From: Bacteroidales bacterium UBA5429
Lineage (GTDB): Bacteria; Bacteroidota; Bacteroidia; Bacteroidales; WCHB1-69
Length of the DNA stretch: 64,000 nucleotides
NCBI GenBank assembly: GCA_002427605.1
Contig: DIRT01000036.1
Location: forward strand, 3,717-67,716
Direction: 5' to 3'
Shown piece after piece: positions 25,662 through 38,300 of this stretch. Position numbers and translations under genes: made by a program. Below the pieces are notes generated by a model that saw only the letters and a list, made by a program, of their open reading frames with translations, did not search any database and was not told the DNA's origin. Each line of letters opens with the position of its first letter. The stretch's first letter is position 1.

Positions 25662-27461
25662 ATGAAAAAAAGACCATTATTGTCTCAATTGTTGTTGCCC
25701 TTTAAAGGTCGTTTTTTTCTGATTTTTATTCTCAATCTGATTTCAGTTGCACTGACAATCTTGACATTTTTAACTCTGGAACCCCTGGTTAGTCTCCTTT
25801 TTACCGGCTCATTAGAACAATCCTCTCCGCTCTCTCACTATATTGTTAATCTTTTATCTTCTTACTTTTCTATTGAACAACTTTATCATTCGATATACTC
25901 GTTATCCCTTTTTATAATCATTCTGTTTCTTTTGAAAAATCTTTTTTTCGTGCTTTCTCAATTTGTTATGGCACCGATTAAGAGTTCTATACTACAAGAT
26001 TTGAGAAATAGGATTTATTACAAATTAACTATTCTACCACTTTCATTTTATAAAACAGGTCAACGTGGGGATTTGATCTCCAGAGCGGTGAATGATACCC
26101 AAGAGGTTGAGTTTACTATCATGCAATCGATATATACCTTTTTAATGGAACCCATTGCAATTCTAATCTATTTGGGTACATTGATTGTGATTTCTCCTCA
26201 TTTGACTTTGTTTGTTGCAATTCTACTACCTATTTCTGCCTTTTTTATTTCCAGAGTTTCTAGAAAATTGAGAAAGCGTACCGGTTTGGCAAAATTGAAA
26301 TTGGGCTCCCTTTTTTCTCATGTGGAAGAAACTGTATCGGGGATTAAAATCATTAAAGGATTTCAGGCACAATCTCATTCAGAGCAAGTTTTTAAAAACT
26401 TAAATGATAGTTTTACGGAACTACAAAAAAAGATCTATAGGAAAGTAGAATTGGCGTCACCAGTTTCAGAATTTTTAGGGGTAACCGTTGTGATGTTGAT
26501 ACTGATTTATGGTGGTGTGCGTGTTTTGGAGGGGTCATTGACTCTTTCTGCCCCCCTTTTTATCGTTTATATTGCCTTGTTCACACAAATTATTAATCCC
26601 GCTAAAAACCTGGCTGCCGCCGTTGCAAACTTAAGACGTGGTCAAGCTGCTATCGACCGGATTAATGAATTGTTGGATGCAGAAGAGGTGATACTGGAAA
26701 AAGAGAATCCAATTTCTATAACTCAATTGAATAACAAAATCGAGTATGAAAACGTTTCATTTCAATATGAGGATACACCGGTTATTTCAGATTTTTCCTT
26801 AACCATCAACAAAGGTGAATTTGTTGCTTTGGTTGGTCCTTCCGGTTCAGGAAAATCAACATTGGTAGACTTGCTGCCCCGCTTTTATGATCCTCATGAG
26901 GGTATAATCAGAGTCGATGGAGTCCCCATTCAGGATTATCGTATCGATCAACTGAGGTCGCTCTATGGAATTGTAACCCAGGACGTTGTTTTATTTAATG
27001 ATACGGTCTTAAATAACATCACCTATGGTTTGGATCAATATGGCATGGATGATGTGATCAAGGCAACTCAAATTGCTTCTGCCTATGATTTTATCATGAA
27101 ACTTCCCAATCAGTTTGAAACGGTCTTATCAGATCGTGGACTCTCTTTATCAGGAGGGGAACGGCAACGATTGAGTATTGCCAGGGCGATTATGCATAAT
27201 CCTTCAATTTTGATTTTTGATGAAGCAACCAGTGCTTTAGATTCCGAATCGGAAATTGCAGTGCAGGCAGCGATGGAAATATTGATTAAACACAAAACGA
27301 TGATTGTGGTTGCACATCGGCTGTCAACGATACAAAAAGCGGATAAAATAGTGGTGATGGATCAGGGAAAAATAGTAGAAATGGGATCACACGATGAGCT
27401 GCTGGAGCTCAAAGGATATTATTGGACAATGTGTCAACGAATGCAGGATAACAATAAGTAA
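25662..27461 (+). CDS. ABC transporter, fused permease/ATPase, MsbA (lipid A exporter)-like
   Basis: Six-TM N-terminal half, then Walker A GPSGSGKST, signature LSGGERQR and Walker B ILIFDEATSALD. The track start TTG 25611 lies inside the upstream terminator, so ATG 25662 (MKKRPLL) is preferred. Confidence 0.85.
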   Translation: MKKRPLLSQLLLPFKGRFFLIFILNLISVALTILTFLTLEPLVSLLFTGSLEQSSPLSHYIVNLLSSYFSIEQLYHSIYSLSLFIIILFLLKNLFFVLSQFVMAPIKSSILQDLRNRIYYKLTILPLSFYKTGQRGDLISRAVNDTQEVEFTIMQSIYTFLMEPIAILIYLGTLIVISPHLTLFVAILLPISAFFISRVSRKLRKRTGLAKLKLGSLFSHVEETVSGIKIIKGFQAQSHSEQVFKNLNDSFTELQKKIYRKVELASPVSEFLGVTVVMLILIYGGVRVLEGSLTLSAPLFIVYIALFTQIINPAKNLAAAVANLRRGQAAIDRINELLDAEEVILEKENPISITQLNNKIEYENVSFQYEDTPVISDFSLTINKGEFVALVGPSGSGKSTLVDLLPRFYDPHEGIIRVDGVPIQDYRIDQLRSLYGIVTQDVVLFNDTVLNNITYGLDQYGMDDVIKATQIASAYDFIMKLPNQFETVLSDRGLSLSGGERQRLSIARAIMHNPSILIFDEATSALDSESEIAVQAAMEILIKHKTMIVVAHRLSTIQKADKIVVMDQGKIVEMGSHDELLELKGYYWTMCQRMQDNNK

Positions 27462-27462
27462 T

Positions 27463-28155
27463 ATGGGAAAAAATAAGTTGAGAAGATTTGCTGAGAACGA
27501 AACTTTTGAGAACCTGTACCAACATCATAACTATAATGCACGGGTTGAGGGGTTCCCCCTTAAAGGTAAATGGCAAAATGAATATTTTAAAAATAATAAT
27601 CCTATTGTGCTGGAATTGGGATGTGGCAAGGGTGAATATACTTTGGGATTAGCAAAACGGTTCCCTGATTATAACTTTATCGGTATTGACCGTAAAGGTG
27701 CACGTTTGTGGAAAGGTGCAAAAGAGGGGTTGGAGCAGAATATAACCAATGCCGCTTTTTTACGGATTAGAATTGAAGATATTGGGTACTATTTTGAGCA
27801 AGGTGAGGTAGCTGAGATTTGGATTACTTTTCCTGATCCTCAGCTTCAAAAAGTGCGCAGAAGGCTCATAGGTCCCAATATGGTGAGTAAATACAGTCAA
27901 ATCTTTCCCTCGACCGGAGGAATTATCCATTTGAAAACAGATAGTCGCGAGCTATATGACTACGTGAAAGAGGAAGCACCCTGTCAGGGATGGATTATTG
28001 AAGAGGATCTTTTTGATATTTATAAAGAGGGAGGAGCTGCTCATCTGACAGAGATTACCACTTTTTATGAGAATATTTGGCTCAAAGAAGGGAAGACGAT
28101 TTCTTATCTTAAAATAAAAATAGGACCATATAGTACTGAAAATCAGCATGTTTAA
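27463..28155 (+). CDS. trmB: tRNA (guanine-N7)-methyltransferase
   Basis: MGKNKLRRFAENETF...LELGCGKGEYTLGLA...FPDPQ are TrmB motifs. ATG 27463 lies 1 nt after the exporter stop. The track start 27394 is an overlapping extension. Confidence 0.85.
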   Translation: MGKNKLRRFAENETFENLYQHHNYNARVEGFPLKGKWQNEYFKNNNPIVLELGCGKGEYTLGLAKRFPDYNFIGIDRKGARLWKGAKEGLEQNITNAAFLRIRIEDIGYYFEQGEVAEIWITFPDPQLQKVRRRLIGPNMVSKYSQIFPSTGGIIHLKTDSRELYDYVKEEAPCQGWIIEEDLFDIYKEGGAAHLTEITTFYENIWLKEGKTISYLKIKIGPYSTENQHV

Positions 28156-28208
28156 ATATTTTATTAAAAAAAAGATATAAACAGTGCATTATTGATACTT
28201 TTTTTTTG

Positions 28209-28216
28209 TATATTTG
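28209..28216 (+). promoter_or_regulatory. candidate -7 box TATATTTG for secE-nusG-rplKAJL
   Basis: This is the only TAnnTTTG match in the 250-bp gap. It would give a ~185-nt leader before secE. Confidence 0.4.
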
Positions 28217-28406
28217 CCGACTCGAAAATTGTAAGATTGGGGTAATGAATTGGCTATTATTCTTTAATACTTATTTTTTTGATTATTAAGAAGTTAGTAA
28301 TCAAAATTTAATACAATGTATTAAAGTAATGAATTTAATAGTTGCATGATTTATTTAAAATCTTTCAAAACCGAGTAATGAATTTATAATTGAAAATAAT
28401 TGAAAG

Positions 28407-28601
28407 ATGAAAAAAATAGTTAATTATTTTAAAGCGACTTATGATGAGCTGGTTCACAAAGTGAGCTGGCCAACTGCTAAGGAACTTCAAAGTAGCGTTG
28501 TGATTGTATCCATTGCTTCCCTAATTATAGCACTTATCGTGTTTTTGATGGATGCAGTTTTTAATGCAGGAATACACTTGTTATTTCCGACTATTCATTA
28601 A
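28407..28601 (+). CDS. secE: preprotein translocase subunit SecE
   Basis: 64 aa with a single C-terminal TM segment. KATYDELVHKVSWPTAKEL is typical of SecE, and the gene lies directly upstream of nusG. Confidence 0.9.
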   Translation: MKKIVNYFKATYDELVHKVSWPTAKELQSSVVIVSIASLIIALIVFLMDAVFNAGIHLLFPTIH

Positions 28602-28643
28602 TCAATTATTTTGTTGATCTTTCAACAATCAATCATTTAAACT

Positions 28644-29198
28644 ATGGCGGCAGTTGAAGCAAAGTGGTATGTTATTCGTGCAGTAACCGGAACTGAGAAG
28701 AAAGTTCAGAGTGCGATTGAAAGTGAAGTGGCGAACTCACCTTATTTGAAGGGGAAGGTAATCAGAGTACTTATCCCGGTTGAAAAAGTGTTGCAAATTA
28801 GAAGCGGTAAAAAAGTTTTTAAGGAGAAACCACTTTTTCCCGGCTATGTTTTAATTGAAGCTATCATGACAAGTGAGGTGGCTCATCAATTGTTAGGAGT
28901 TCCCGGTGTGTTGGGTTTTGTAGGCTGTAAGCGTAAAATCGATCCACCTGTTGCTTTGAGACCTGAAGAGGCTGCCCGCATGTTAGGAAAAGTAGACCAA
29001 CTGATTGAATCTGATGCAGAATTGGATATCTCATTCCTGGTTGGTGAAGAAGTTAAAGTGATTGATGGACCTTTCAACACTTTTACCGGAATTATTGAAG
29101 AAGTAAATTCGGAGAAAAAGAGACTAAAAGTTATGGTGAAAATTTTTGGTCGTAAAACTCCTCTCGAATTGGGGTATTTACAAGTTGAAAAGTTGTAG
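28644..29198 (+). CDS. nusG: transcription termination/antitermination factor NusG
   Basis: KWYVIRAVTGTEKKV (NGN domain) and the KOW motif VGEEVKVIDGPF. Confidence 0.95.
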   Translation: MAAVEAKWYVIRAVTGTEKKVQSAIESEVANSPYLKGKVIRVLIPVEKVLQIRSGKKVFKEKPLFPGYVLIEAIMTSEVAHQLLGVPGVLGFVGCKRKIDPPVALRPEEAARMLGKVDQLIESDAELDISFLVGEEVKVIDGPFNTFTGIIEEVNSEKKRLKVMVKIFGRKTPLELGYLQVEKL

Positions 29199-29241
29199 GT
29201 CAACACAAGACGTTTAGTTACAAACAGAAAAATTAAAAACA

Positions 29242-29691
29242 ATGGCAAAAGAAGTAGCTGCGCTAATTAAGTTACAAATTAAAGGGGGTGCGGCCAATCC
29301 ATCTCCACCCGTTGGTCCTGCATTGGGAGCAAAAGGTGTGAATATTATGGAGTTTTGTAAACAGTTTAATGCTCGTACACAAGAGTCTGCAGGAAAAGTT
29401 ATTCCTGTGGTAATTACTGTTTATAAAGATAAGTCATTTGACTTTATTACAAAAACCCCCCCGGTGGCTGTTCAGTTAATGGAAGCTACCAAACAAAAGA
29501 AAGGGTCTAAAGAACCTAACCGTAGCAAAATTGGTACTGTTACATGGGATCAAGTTCGTACAATTGCTGAAGCAAAAATGACAGACTTGAACTGCTTTAC
29601 CGTTGACTCAGCAATGAGCATGGTTGCAGGTACAGCCCGTAGTATGGGTATCAACGTTAGAGGTGGGCAAAATCCTTTCGAGAATAATTAA
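29242..29691 (+). CDS. rplK: 50S ribosomal protein L11
   Basis: [35 protein letters not shown]. Confidence 0.97.
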   Translation: MAKEVAALIKLQIKGGAANPSPPVGPALGAKGVNIMEFCKQFNARTQESAGKVIPVVITVYKDKSFDFITKTPPVAVQLMEATKQKKGSKEPNRSKIGTVTWDQVRTIAEAKMTDLNCFTVDSAMSMVAGTARSMGINVRGGQNPFENN

Positions 29692-29713
29692 TAATTAAGT
29701 AATAACAATCAAC

Positions 29714-30409
29714 ATGGCAAAACTGTCAAAAAAACGCAAACAAGCTCTTGCTCAATTTGATAAGACTAAAGTGTACCCTTTAGAAGAAGCTGTTCAAGTT
29801 GTGAAGGATATTACCTATACTAAATTTGATGCATCTTTTGATATCGATGTTCGACTTGGAGTAGACCCAAGAAAAGCAAATCAAATGGTTAGAGGTATTG
29901 TTACTTTACCACATGGAACAGGAAAAGTTGTAAGGGTGTTGGTACTTTGTACCCCTGATAAAGAAGAGGAAGCAACAACAGCTGGAGCAGATTATGTAGG
30001 GTTAGATGAATACGTTGATAAAATCAAAAAAGGTTGGACAGACGTAGACGTGATCATTACTATGCCAAGTGTAATGCCCAAAATTGGTGCATTAGGAAAA
30101 ATACTTGGTCCCAGAGGTTTGATGCCTAATCCTAAAGCTGGTACCGTGACTATGGATGTTGGAAAAGCAGTATCTGATGTGAAAGCCGGTAAGATCGACT
30201 TTAAAGTGGATCGTTATGGAATTATTCACTCAGGAATTGGTAAAATGAGTTTCACTAAAGAACAAATGATTGATAATGTGAGAGAAATTATGTCAACCAT
30301 TATCAAATTAAAACCTACTGCTGCTAAGGGAACATACGTGAGAAGTATTTACCTTTCATCATCTATGAGCCCCGGAGTGCAAGTTGATGTAAAATCAGTG
30401 ACTGTATAA
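29714..30409 (+). CDS. rplA: 50S ribosomal protein L1
   Basis: 231 aa; [16 protein letters not shown]...LPHGTGK. Confidence 0.97.
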   Translation: MAKLSKKRKQALAQFDKTKVYPLEEAVQVVKDITYTKFDASFDIDVRLGVDPRKANQMVRGIVTLPHGTGKVVRVLVLCTPDKEEEATTAGADYVGLDEYVDKIKKGWTDVDVIITMPSVMPKIGALGKILGPRGLMPNPKAGTVTMDVGKAVSDVKAGKIDFKVDRYGIIHSGIGKMSFTKEQMIDNVREIMSTIIKLKPTAAKGTYVRSIYLSSSMSPGVQVDVKSVTV

Positions 30410-30430
30410 TCTTAAATCAAAAGAAGAATT

Positions 30431-30946
30431 ATGAAACAAGAACAAAAAAGTGTTATCATAGATGGAATCGCACAAGATTTAGCTGATTATCAACATGTAT
30501 ACATTACTGATATTTCAGGGTTTACAGTGGAAACTGTCTCTCAATTGAGAAGATTGTGCTTCCGTAGAGATATTAAGTTAAAAGTAGTGAAAAATACTTT
30601 GCTTAAAAAAGCTATGGAGCAATCTACTATAGATTATTCTGAGATTTTTCCTGTTCTAAAAGGAGAAACATCCATAATGCTTTCTAATACCGGAAATGCA
30701 CCCGCAAAATTAATTAAAGAGTTTAGAGCAAAAAATAAAAAACCTTTAGTTAAAGCAGCATTTATCGAAGGAACAGCCTATTTGGGTGATGATCAATTAG
30801 AAACCTTATGTAATATCAAATCACGTGAAGAATTAATCGGTGATATTGTAGGATTACTTCAGTCTCCTGCGAAAAATGTTATTTCTGCTCTTCAATCGGG
30901 TGGAGCAACTATCGCTGGAGTTGTTAAAACATTATCTGAAAGATAA
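30431..30946 (+). CDS. rplJ: 50S ribosomal protein L10
   Basis: 171 aa, called from its position between rplA and rplL and from L10-like sequence. Confidence 0.9.
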   Translation: MKQEQKSVIIDGIAQDLADYQHVYITDISGFTVETVSQLRRLCFRRDIKLKVVKNTLLKKAMEQSTIDYSEIFPVLKGETSIMLSNTGNAPAKLIKEFRAKNKKPLVKAAFIEGTAYLGDDQLETLCNIKSREELIGDIVGLLQSPAKNVISALQSGGATIAGVVKTLSER

Positions 30947-30996
30947 AATAAAATTAATTAAAAATTAGTAAAAAACCAATTTAAAAAATAATCATT

Positions 30997-31371
30997 ATGG
31001 CAGATTTGAAAGCATTTGCAGAACAACTAGTTAATTTAACAGTTAAAGAGGTTAACGAATTAGCTACAATATTAAAAGAGGAGTACGGAATTGAGCCCGC
31101 AGCAGCAGCTGTGGTAGCTGGTCCTGCAGCAGCAGCAGCAGGAGAAGCTGTTGAAGAAAAAACTGAATTTGATGTAATTCTTAAAGCAGCTGGTCCTAAT
31201 AAATTAGCAGTAGTTAAGTTAGTGAAAGAATTAACTAGCATGGGATTAAAAGAATCTAAAGAATTAGTTGATGCTGCTCCTAAAGCATTAAAAGAAGGCG
31301 TTTCTAAAGAAGAAGCTGAAGGTTTGAAAAAATCTTTAGAAGAAGCCGGAGCAGAAGTAGAGGTAAAATAG
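30997..31371 (+). CDS. rplL: 50S ribosomal protein L7/L12
   Basis: Ala-rich hinge [17 protein letters not shown], then the C-terminal domain [24 protein letters not shown]. Confidence 0.97.
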   Translation: MADLKAFAEQLVNLTVKEVNELATILKEEYGIEPAAAAVVAGPAAAAAGEAVEEKTEFDVILKAAGPNKLAVVKLVKELTSMGLKESKELVDAAPKALKEGVSKEEAEGLKKSLEEAGAEVEVK

Positions 31372-31394
31372 ATTTTACTTTATGTAAGAAAAAA

Positions 31395-31436
31395 AGTACA
31401 ACTTCCACTTCGGTGGAAGTATGTACTTGTTTCTTA
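31395..31436 (+). terminator. rplL-rpoB intergenic attenuator hairpin
   Basis: AGTACAACTTCCAC-TTCG-GTGGAAGTATGTACT followed by a T-rich tail. No TAnnTTTG box precedes rpoB, so rpoBC is probably read through. Confidence 0.6.
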
Positions 31437-31535
31437 TATTGTTTGTTCTTTTTTTACTCTCCTTTTTTCTCCTATATTCTTCTCAAATAGTTCTTAATAA
31501 AATCCCCCAAAAAAATAACCTTAAATCAAATCGCT

Positions 31536-34500
31536 TTGGATACATTCAAACAGAGACATAGTTTTTCATCCACAAAATCAATCGATTATCCCGATTTTTT
31601 GGATATTCAAATCAAGTCGTTTCACGATTTTTTTCAAATAGATACAGATGCAGAACGAAGACATCAAGAGGGATTGTTTAAAGTTTTTTCTGAAAACTTC
31701 CCCATAGTTGATGCCAGAAATAGTTTTGTTCTGGAATTGGTAGACTATACAATTGATGGTCCCAGATATACCATTGATGAATGTCTTGAAAGAGGACTAA
31801 CCTATAGTGTCCCACTTAAAGCAAGAATGAAATTGTCTTGTAACGATCTGGATCATGAAGATTTTGAAACAAAAATCGAAGATGTTTATCTTGGAATGAT
31901 TCCCTATATGACCCCTAAAGGAACCTTTATTATTAATGGTGCTGAAAGGGTTGTAGTGTCTCAATTACATAGATCCCCAGGTGTGTTTTTTGGATCCTCA
32001 TATCACAATAATGGATCGCAATTGTATTCTGCAAGAATTATTCCTTTTAAGGGATCCTGGATGGAGTTCACTACAGATATCAATAACGTAATGTATGCGT
32101 ATATTGATAGAAAAAAGAAATTACCCGTTACTACACTTCTCCGCGCAATTGGGTACGAAACTGATAAAGATATTTTGGATATCTTTAATATCGCTGAAGA
32201 GGTTAAAGTAACAAAAACCAATCTGAAAAAACATATTGGTAAAAAGTTTGCCGCCAGAGTAGTTAAAGTCAGAAATGAAGACTTTGTGGACGGTGAAACC
32301 GGTGAAGTGTTCAATATTGAACGTACAGAATTAATTATTGATAGAGAGGTGATCTTTGAAGAATCTCATATCAGTAAGATTATTGACGCAAATATAAAAA
32401 CGGTACTTTTCCACCGAGAAGATACAAAATTAGATTATTCCGTTATATTCAATACTTTACAGAAAGACCCTGCAAACTCAGAAAAGCAGGCTATTGAATA
32501 TATTTATCTGCAATTGAGAAATACAGCAGCCCCTGATGAGGAAGCAGCCCGTTCTGCATTGGAAAGATTGTTCTTCTCCGACAAAAGATATGATTTGGGA
32601 GAAGTGGGGAGATACAGAATTAATAAAAAATTAAATCTAAATATCCCTATTGAAACGGGAATCCTTACAAAAGAAGATATTATTTCAATTATTAACTATT
32701 TGATTGAATTAATGAATTCTAAAACGGATGTGGATGATATTGACCACTTAAGTAATAGAAGAGTAAGAACCGTCGGGGAACAATTATATAATCAGTTTTC
32801 AGTTGGATTGTCCAGAATGGTGAGAACAATCCGTGAAAAAATGAATGTAAGAGATAATGAAGTGTTTTCACCCGTTGACTTGATTAACGCAAAAACACTC
32901 TCTTCAGTAATTAACTCCTTTTTTGGAACAAATCAACTTTCTCAGTTTATGGATCAAACAAATCCACTTTCTGAGATTACACATAAAAGAAGAATTTCAG
33001 CTTTAGGACCCGGAGGATTATCAAGAGAAAGAGCCGGTTTTGAGGTGCGTGACGTACACTATACTCACTACGGACGACTTTGTACTATTGAAACACCAGA
33101 AGGACCTAATATTGGTTTAATCTCTTCACTCTGCGTTTTCGCAACTATCAATACGCTGGGATTTATTGAGACCCCATATAGAAAAGTTGTGGATGGAATT
33201 GTTCAATATGATGAAGAACCAATCTATTTAACAGCTGAAGAGGAAGAGACTCAAATTATTGCACAAGCTACTTCAGCTGACCCGGAATCAGGAGTTCTAC
33301 CTGATCGTCTAAAAGTTAGATATGTTGCGGATTATCCAATTGTTGATAAAGAGGAGGTGAATTTAATTGATATCGCTCCAAATCAAATTGCATCAATTGC
33401 TGCCTCTTTAATTCCGTTTTTGGAAAATGATGACGCAAACCGTGCTTTGATGGGATCTAACATGATGAGACAGGCAGTACCACTTTTGGTTCCTGAAAGA
33501 CCTATCGTTGGAACCGGACTTGAAAAACAAGTGGCTATAGATTCCAGAGCGTTGTTGGTTGCAGAAGCTGATGGTGTAGTACAATATGTAGATGCACAAA
33601 AAATCACAATCAAATATGAATATACAGAAATAGAAGAATTGATAAGTTTTGATTCAAATATTAAAACCTATCAATTGCAGAAATTCAAAAGAACTAACCA
33701 AAACTCCTGTATTAACATCAAACCGGTAGTAAAAAAAGGTCAAAAAGTTAAAAAAGGAGATGTGTTGACAGAAGGATATGCGACTAAGGACGGAGAATTG
33801 GCATTGGGAAGAAATATGATGGTGGCATTCATGCCTTGGAAAGGATATAACTTTGAGGATGCAATTGTTATTTCTGAAAAAGTAGTGAAAGACGATATTT
33901 TCACTTCTATTCATATTGAAGAGTTTACATTGGAAGTTAGAGATACGAAAAGAGGTATCGAAGAGTTAACCAATGACATTCCCAATGTGTCCAATGAAGC
34001 AACGAAGGATTTAGGCGAGGATGGATTGATCCGTATTGGAGCAGAAGTGAATGAAGGGGATATATTGATTGGAAAAATTACTCCTAAAGGGGAATCATAT
34101 CCAACTCCTGAGGAAAAATTGTTAAGAGCAATCTTTGGAGATAAAGCCGGAGATGTTAAAGATGCTTCACTCAAAGCACCTCCTTCAATGAAAGGGGTTG
34201 TGATTGACACAAAATCAATGTCCAGAATAACAAAGGATAGAAAAGCAAGAGCTAAAGAAAAAGATATTATTTCCGAAATTGACGAAAGATGCAATAAACG
34301 ATTGGCTGAATTAAAAGAACAGTTGGTTCAAAAATTGTATCGCGTATTAGATGGAAAGATATCTCAAAATATACAGAATATAGAAAAGAATACGGTGATA
34401 TCTAAAGGATCAAAGTTTTCTCAAAAATTACTACATTCTGTTGATTACTCAGTTGTTACCGTATCTAAATGGACTAATGATGCAAAATTAAATGTTAACG

Positions 34501-35330
34501 TTGCTGAAATTATTCGTAACTATCTCATAAAAGAAAGAGAAATTAAAGCAATGTTTACTCGTGAGAGATTTGATGCCATGATTGGAAGTGAACTTCCAAC
34601 GGGAATTGTTCAAATGGCTAAGGTATATGTAGCATCTAAGAGAAAATTAAAAGTTGGAGATAAAATGGCGGGTCGTCATGGAAATAAAGGTATTGTGGCT
34701 CGTATCGTAAGAGAAGAGGATATGCCTTTCCTTGAAGATGGACGTCCGGTCGATATCGTACTCAACCCTCTTGGAGTTCCTTCTCGTATGAACCTGGGAC
34801 AGGTATATGAAACTGTTTTGGGATGGGCAGGAAAAGAGTTAGGACTTCATTTCTCAACTCCCATTTTTGATGGAGCAACAATTGAAGAAATTAATGAATT
34901 GATGGTTCAGGCAAACCTCCCATTAAATGGTAGTACACAACTATATGATGGAGGAACAGGTAATAAATTCCACCAAAAAGTAACTGTGGGATATATCTAC
35001 ATGTTAAAATTGCACCATATGGTTGATGACAAAATGCACGCACGGTCAATTGGACCATACTCCTTAATTACACAACAACCTCTTGGTGGTAAAGCACAAT
35101 TTGGAGGTCAGCGTTTTGGGGAAATGGAAGTTTGGGCAATTGAAGCATTTGGTGCTGCAAATGTTCTTCAAGAGATACTAACAATCAAATCAGATGATGT
35201 GGTTGGAAGATCTAAAGCATATGAAGCAATAGTAAAAGGCGAGAATATGCCTACTCCAAGATTGCCGGAATCATTTAATGTTCTTGTTAATGAACTTCGT
35301 GGTTTGGCTCTAGATGTAAAATTTGATTAA
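31536..35330 (+). CDS. rpoB: DNA-directed RNA polymerase subunit beta
   Basis: 1264 aa. The N-terminus ...[12 protein letters not shown] and full-length RpoB motifs are present. The start appears to be TTG, with no in-frame ATG nearby. Confidence 0.97.
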   Translation: MDTFKQRHSFSSTKSIDYPDFLDIQIKSFHDFFQIDTDAERRHQEGLFKVFSENFPIVDARNSFVLELVDYTIDGPRYTIDECLERGLTYSVPLKARMKLSCNDLDHEDFETKIEDVYLGMIPYMTPKGTFIINGAERVVVSQLHRSPGVFFGSSYHNNGSQLYSARIIPFKGSWMEFTTDINNVMYAYIDRKKKLPVTTLLRAIGYETDKDILDIFNIAEEVKVTKTNLKKHIGKKFAARVVKVRNEDFVDGETGEVFNIERTELIIDREVIFEESHISKIIDANIKTVLFHREDTKLDYSVIFNTLQKDPANSEKQAIEYIYLQLRNTAAPDEEAARSALERLFFSDKRYDLGEVGRYRINKKLNLNIPIETGILTKEDIISIINYLIELMNSKTDVDDIDHLSNRRVRTVGEQLYNQFSVGLSRMVRTIREKMNVRDNEVFSPVDLINAKTLSSVINSFFGTNQLSQFMDQTNPLSEITHKRRISALGPGGLSRERAGFEVRDVHYTHYGRLCTIETPEGPNIGLISSLCVFATINTLGFIETPYRKVVDGIVQYDEEPIYLTAEEEETQIIAQATSADPESGVLPDRLKVRYVADYPIVDKEEVNLIDIAPNQIASIAASLIPFLENDDANRALMGSNMMRQAVPLLVPERPIVGTGLEKQVAIDSRALLVAEADGVVQYVDAQKITIKYEYTEIEELISFDSNIKTYQLQKFKRTNQNSCINIKPVVKKGQKVKKGDVLTEGYATKDGELALGRNMMVAFMPWKGYNFEDAIVISEKVVKDDIFTSIHIEEFTLEVRDTKRGIEELTNDIPNVSNEATKDLGEDGLIRIGAEVNEGDILIGKITPKGESYPTPEEKLLRAIFGDKAGDVKDASLKAPPSMKGVVIDTKSMSRITKDRKARAKEKDIISEIDERCNKRLAELKEQLVQKLYRVLDGKISQNIQNIEKNTVISKGSKFSQKLLHSVDYSVVTVSKWTNDAKLNVNVAEIIRNYLIKEREIKAMFTRERFDAMIGSELPTGIVQMAKVYVASKRKLKVGDKMAGRHGNKGIVARIVREEDMPFLEDGRPVDIVLNPLGVPSRMNLGQVYETVLGWAGKELGLHFSTPIFDGATIEEINELMVQANLPLNGSTQLYDGGTGNKFHQKVTVGYIYMLKLHHMVDDKMHARSIGPYSLITQQPLGGKAQFGGQRFGEMEVWAIEAFGAANVLQEILTIKSDDVVGRSKAYEAIVKGENMPTPRLPESFNVLVNELRGLALDVKFD

Positions 35331-35353
35331 TGACTTTAAAATTATAATAATTT

Positions 35354-38300
35354 ATGGCTCTCAGAAAAGAAACAAATACCAGAAAAGAGTTTTCAAGTAT
35401 AACCATAAGTCTTGCTTCTCCTGAATTGATCCTAGAACAATCTTTTGGAGAAGTTACAAAGCCTGAAACCATTAATTATAGAACATACAAACCAGAAAGA
35501 GATGGTTTGTTTTGTGAGAAAATTTTTGGACCTGTAAAAGATTGGGAATGCCATTGTGGAAAATATAAACGAATCAGATACAAAGGTATTGTATGTGATC
35601 GTTGTGGCGTTGAAGTGACAGAAAGAAAGGTTAGAAGAGAAAGAATGGGACATATCCAACTGGTAGTTCCCGTAGCTCATATCTGGTTTTTTAAATCACT
35701 TCCTAATAAAATCGGAGCTTTGTTAGGTCTTACCTCTAAGCAAATTGATGCAGTAGTGTACTATGAAAAGTTTATTATTGTTCAACCCGGTGTATTGGAA
35801 AGTGAAACTGTTCAAAAAGGTATGTTGATCTCAGAAGAAGAATACTTTGAGTTTTTAGATCAATTACCACCCGAAAATAGAATGTTGGAAGATAGTGATC
35901 CGGATAAATTTATTGCTAAAATGGGAGCAGAAGGGTTGAATGATCTGCTTACTAATCTTGATTTGGACCAAACATCATATGAACTCAGACACAGGGCAAA
36001 TAATGAGACATCTCAACAAAGAAAAAATGATATTCTAAAAAGATTGCACGTTTTTGAAGCATTTAGAGATAGTCGTAGAAGAGCAGAGAATAAACCGGAA
36101 TGGATGATTGTTAAAATTGTTCCCGTTATTCCACCTGATTTGAGACCATTGGTACCACTAGATGGAGGACGTTTTGCAACTTCTGACTTGAATGATCTTT
36201 ACAGAAGAGTGATCATAAGAAATAATCGTTTGAAACGATTGATTGAGATCAAAGCTCCTGATGTAATTATGCGTAATGAAAAGAGAATGCTTCAAGAAGC
36301 AGTTGATTCATTATTTGATAACTCAAGAAAAGCAAGTGCGGTTAAAACTGAATCTAATCGTGCTCTTAAATCACTCTCTGACAGTTTGAAAGGAAAACAA
36401 GGAAGGTTCCGTCAGAACTTGTTGGGAAAGAGAGTTGACTATTCTGGTCGTTCTGTTATTGTTGTAGGACCTGAATTGAACTTGAATGAGTGCGGACTAC
36501 CAAAAGATATGGCAGCCGAGCTCTATAAACCGTTTATTATTAGAAAGATTCTGGAGAGAGGAATAGTTAAAACTTTAAAATCAGCAAGAAAGATTGTTGA
36601 TAGAAAAGATCCGGTAGTATGGGAAATTTTGGAGAATATTATGAAAGGACACCCAGTGTTGTTGAACCGTGCTCCTACACTTCACAGACTGGGTATTCAA
36701 GCTTTCCAACCTCGCTTGGTAGAAGGGAAAGCAATCCGTCTTCACCCACTTTCTTGTACAGCATTTAATGCTGACTTTGACGGGGACCAAATGGCAGTTC
36801 ACTTACCATTGGGTAATGCGGCTATTATGGAAGCTCAAATGTTGATGCTTGCATCGCATAACATTTTGAACCCCGCAAATGGAGCACCTGTTACAGTTCC
36901 TTCTCAAGATATGGTTTTGGGACTTTACTATATTACCAAAGAGTTAAGATCTACTGAAACTGAAAAAGTTCAGGGAGAAGGCGCTACTTTCTACTCACCT
37001 GAAGAAGTAATTATTGCCTATAATGAAAGAAAAATTCACCTTAATGCAATTATTAATTGTAGAGTGGATTTGAAGGGTGATGGAGAAATGGTAAGAGTAG
37101 AAACAACAGTAGGAAGAGTGATTTTTAACCAATTAGTTCCAAAAGGTCATAGGTTTATAAATGAACTTCTTACCAAAAAGTCATTGAGAGATATTATTGG
37201 ATCGATTCTTAATAAGTTTGGAAACGCTGTTACTACTCAGTTTTTAGATGATATTATGGATCTTGGATTTAGGATGGCTTTCGAAGGAGGTTTGTCTTTT
37301 AATCTGGGGGATGTTATTATACCAGTTGAAAAGAGAGTCCTCATAGAGGAAGCTAATGCTCAAATCGAAGAAATTACATCGGATTATAACATGGGTTGGA
37401 TTACCAATAATGAGCGTTATAATCAGGTAATTGACGTATGGACTCACACCAACGCTAAATTGGGAAGTATTTTGATCGATCAAATTGCTCAGGATAGACA
37501 AGGGTTTAACCCTGTGCACATGATGAGACACTCTGGTGCGAGAGGATCTGCTGAACAGGTACGTCAGTTGTCAGGTATGCGTGGTTTGATGGCAAAACCT
37601 ACTAAAACAAGTGCAGGTGGTGGTGAGATTATCGAAAACCCAATTTTGTCAAACTTTAAAGAAGGATTGTCAGTATTGGAGTACTTTATCTCAACTCACG
37701 GTGCTAGAAAAGGTTTGGCGGATACAGCGCTTAAGACTGCGGATGCAGGTTATTTAACCCGTCGTCTGGTAGACGTTTCTCATGACGTGATTATTACTGA
37801 AGAGGATTGTGGTACATTGAGAGGAATGACGATTACAGCGCTGAAAAAAAATGAAGAGATTGTTGAAACAATCGCTGAGCGTTTGTTGGGACGTGTTACA
37901 TTACATGATGTTTATGATCCTCAAAGCGGTAATTTGATAGCCAAAGCAGGTACAGAACTGGATGAGGAAGCTTGTGCATTAATTGGGCAAACTTCTATTG
38001 AAGAGGTTGAAATCAGATCTGTCCCAACTTGTGAATCCAAGCAAGGAGTTTGTCAAAAGTGCTATGGACGAAATCTGGCAACCGGAAAGATGGTGCAAAT
38101 TGGAGAAGCTGTCGGAGTGATCGCAGCCCAATCGATTGGAGAACCGGGAACTCAGTTGACTCTGCGTACGTTCCACGTCGGAGGGGTTGCTGCTAATATT
38201 GCAACAGATAGTAAGATTATCTCAAAATATGACGGAGTTTTGAGTATTGATGAACTACGTGCTCTTGAGAAAATAGATGAAAATGGAAAAACTTTCTATA

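Noticed and set aside
27394-27462. Upstream start (27394) for trmB that overlaps the exporter by 68 nt
   Set aside because: The extension has no TrmB similarity. ATG 27463, 1 nt after the exporter stop, yields the typical MGKNKLRRFAENETF N-terminus.
28209-28406. Possible degraded tRNA-Trp remnant upstream of secE (GATTGGGGTAATGA compared with the AGGGGAATAG start of the tRNA)
   Set aside because: The similarity is only a few nucleotides and no cloverleaf can be folded. I left it as something to check computationally, not a call.
30981-31241. 86-aa Ala-rich ORF antisense to rplL
   Set aside because: It is a mirror of the L7/L12 Ala-rich hinge, and rplL identity on the plus strand is unambiguous.
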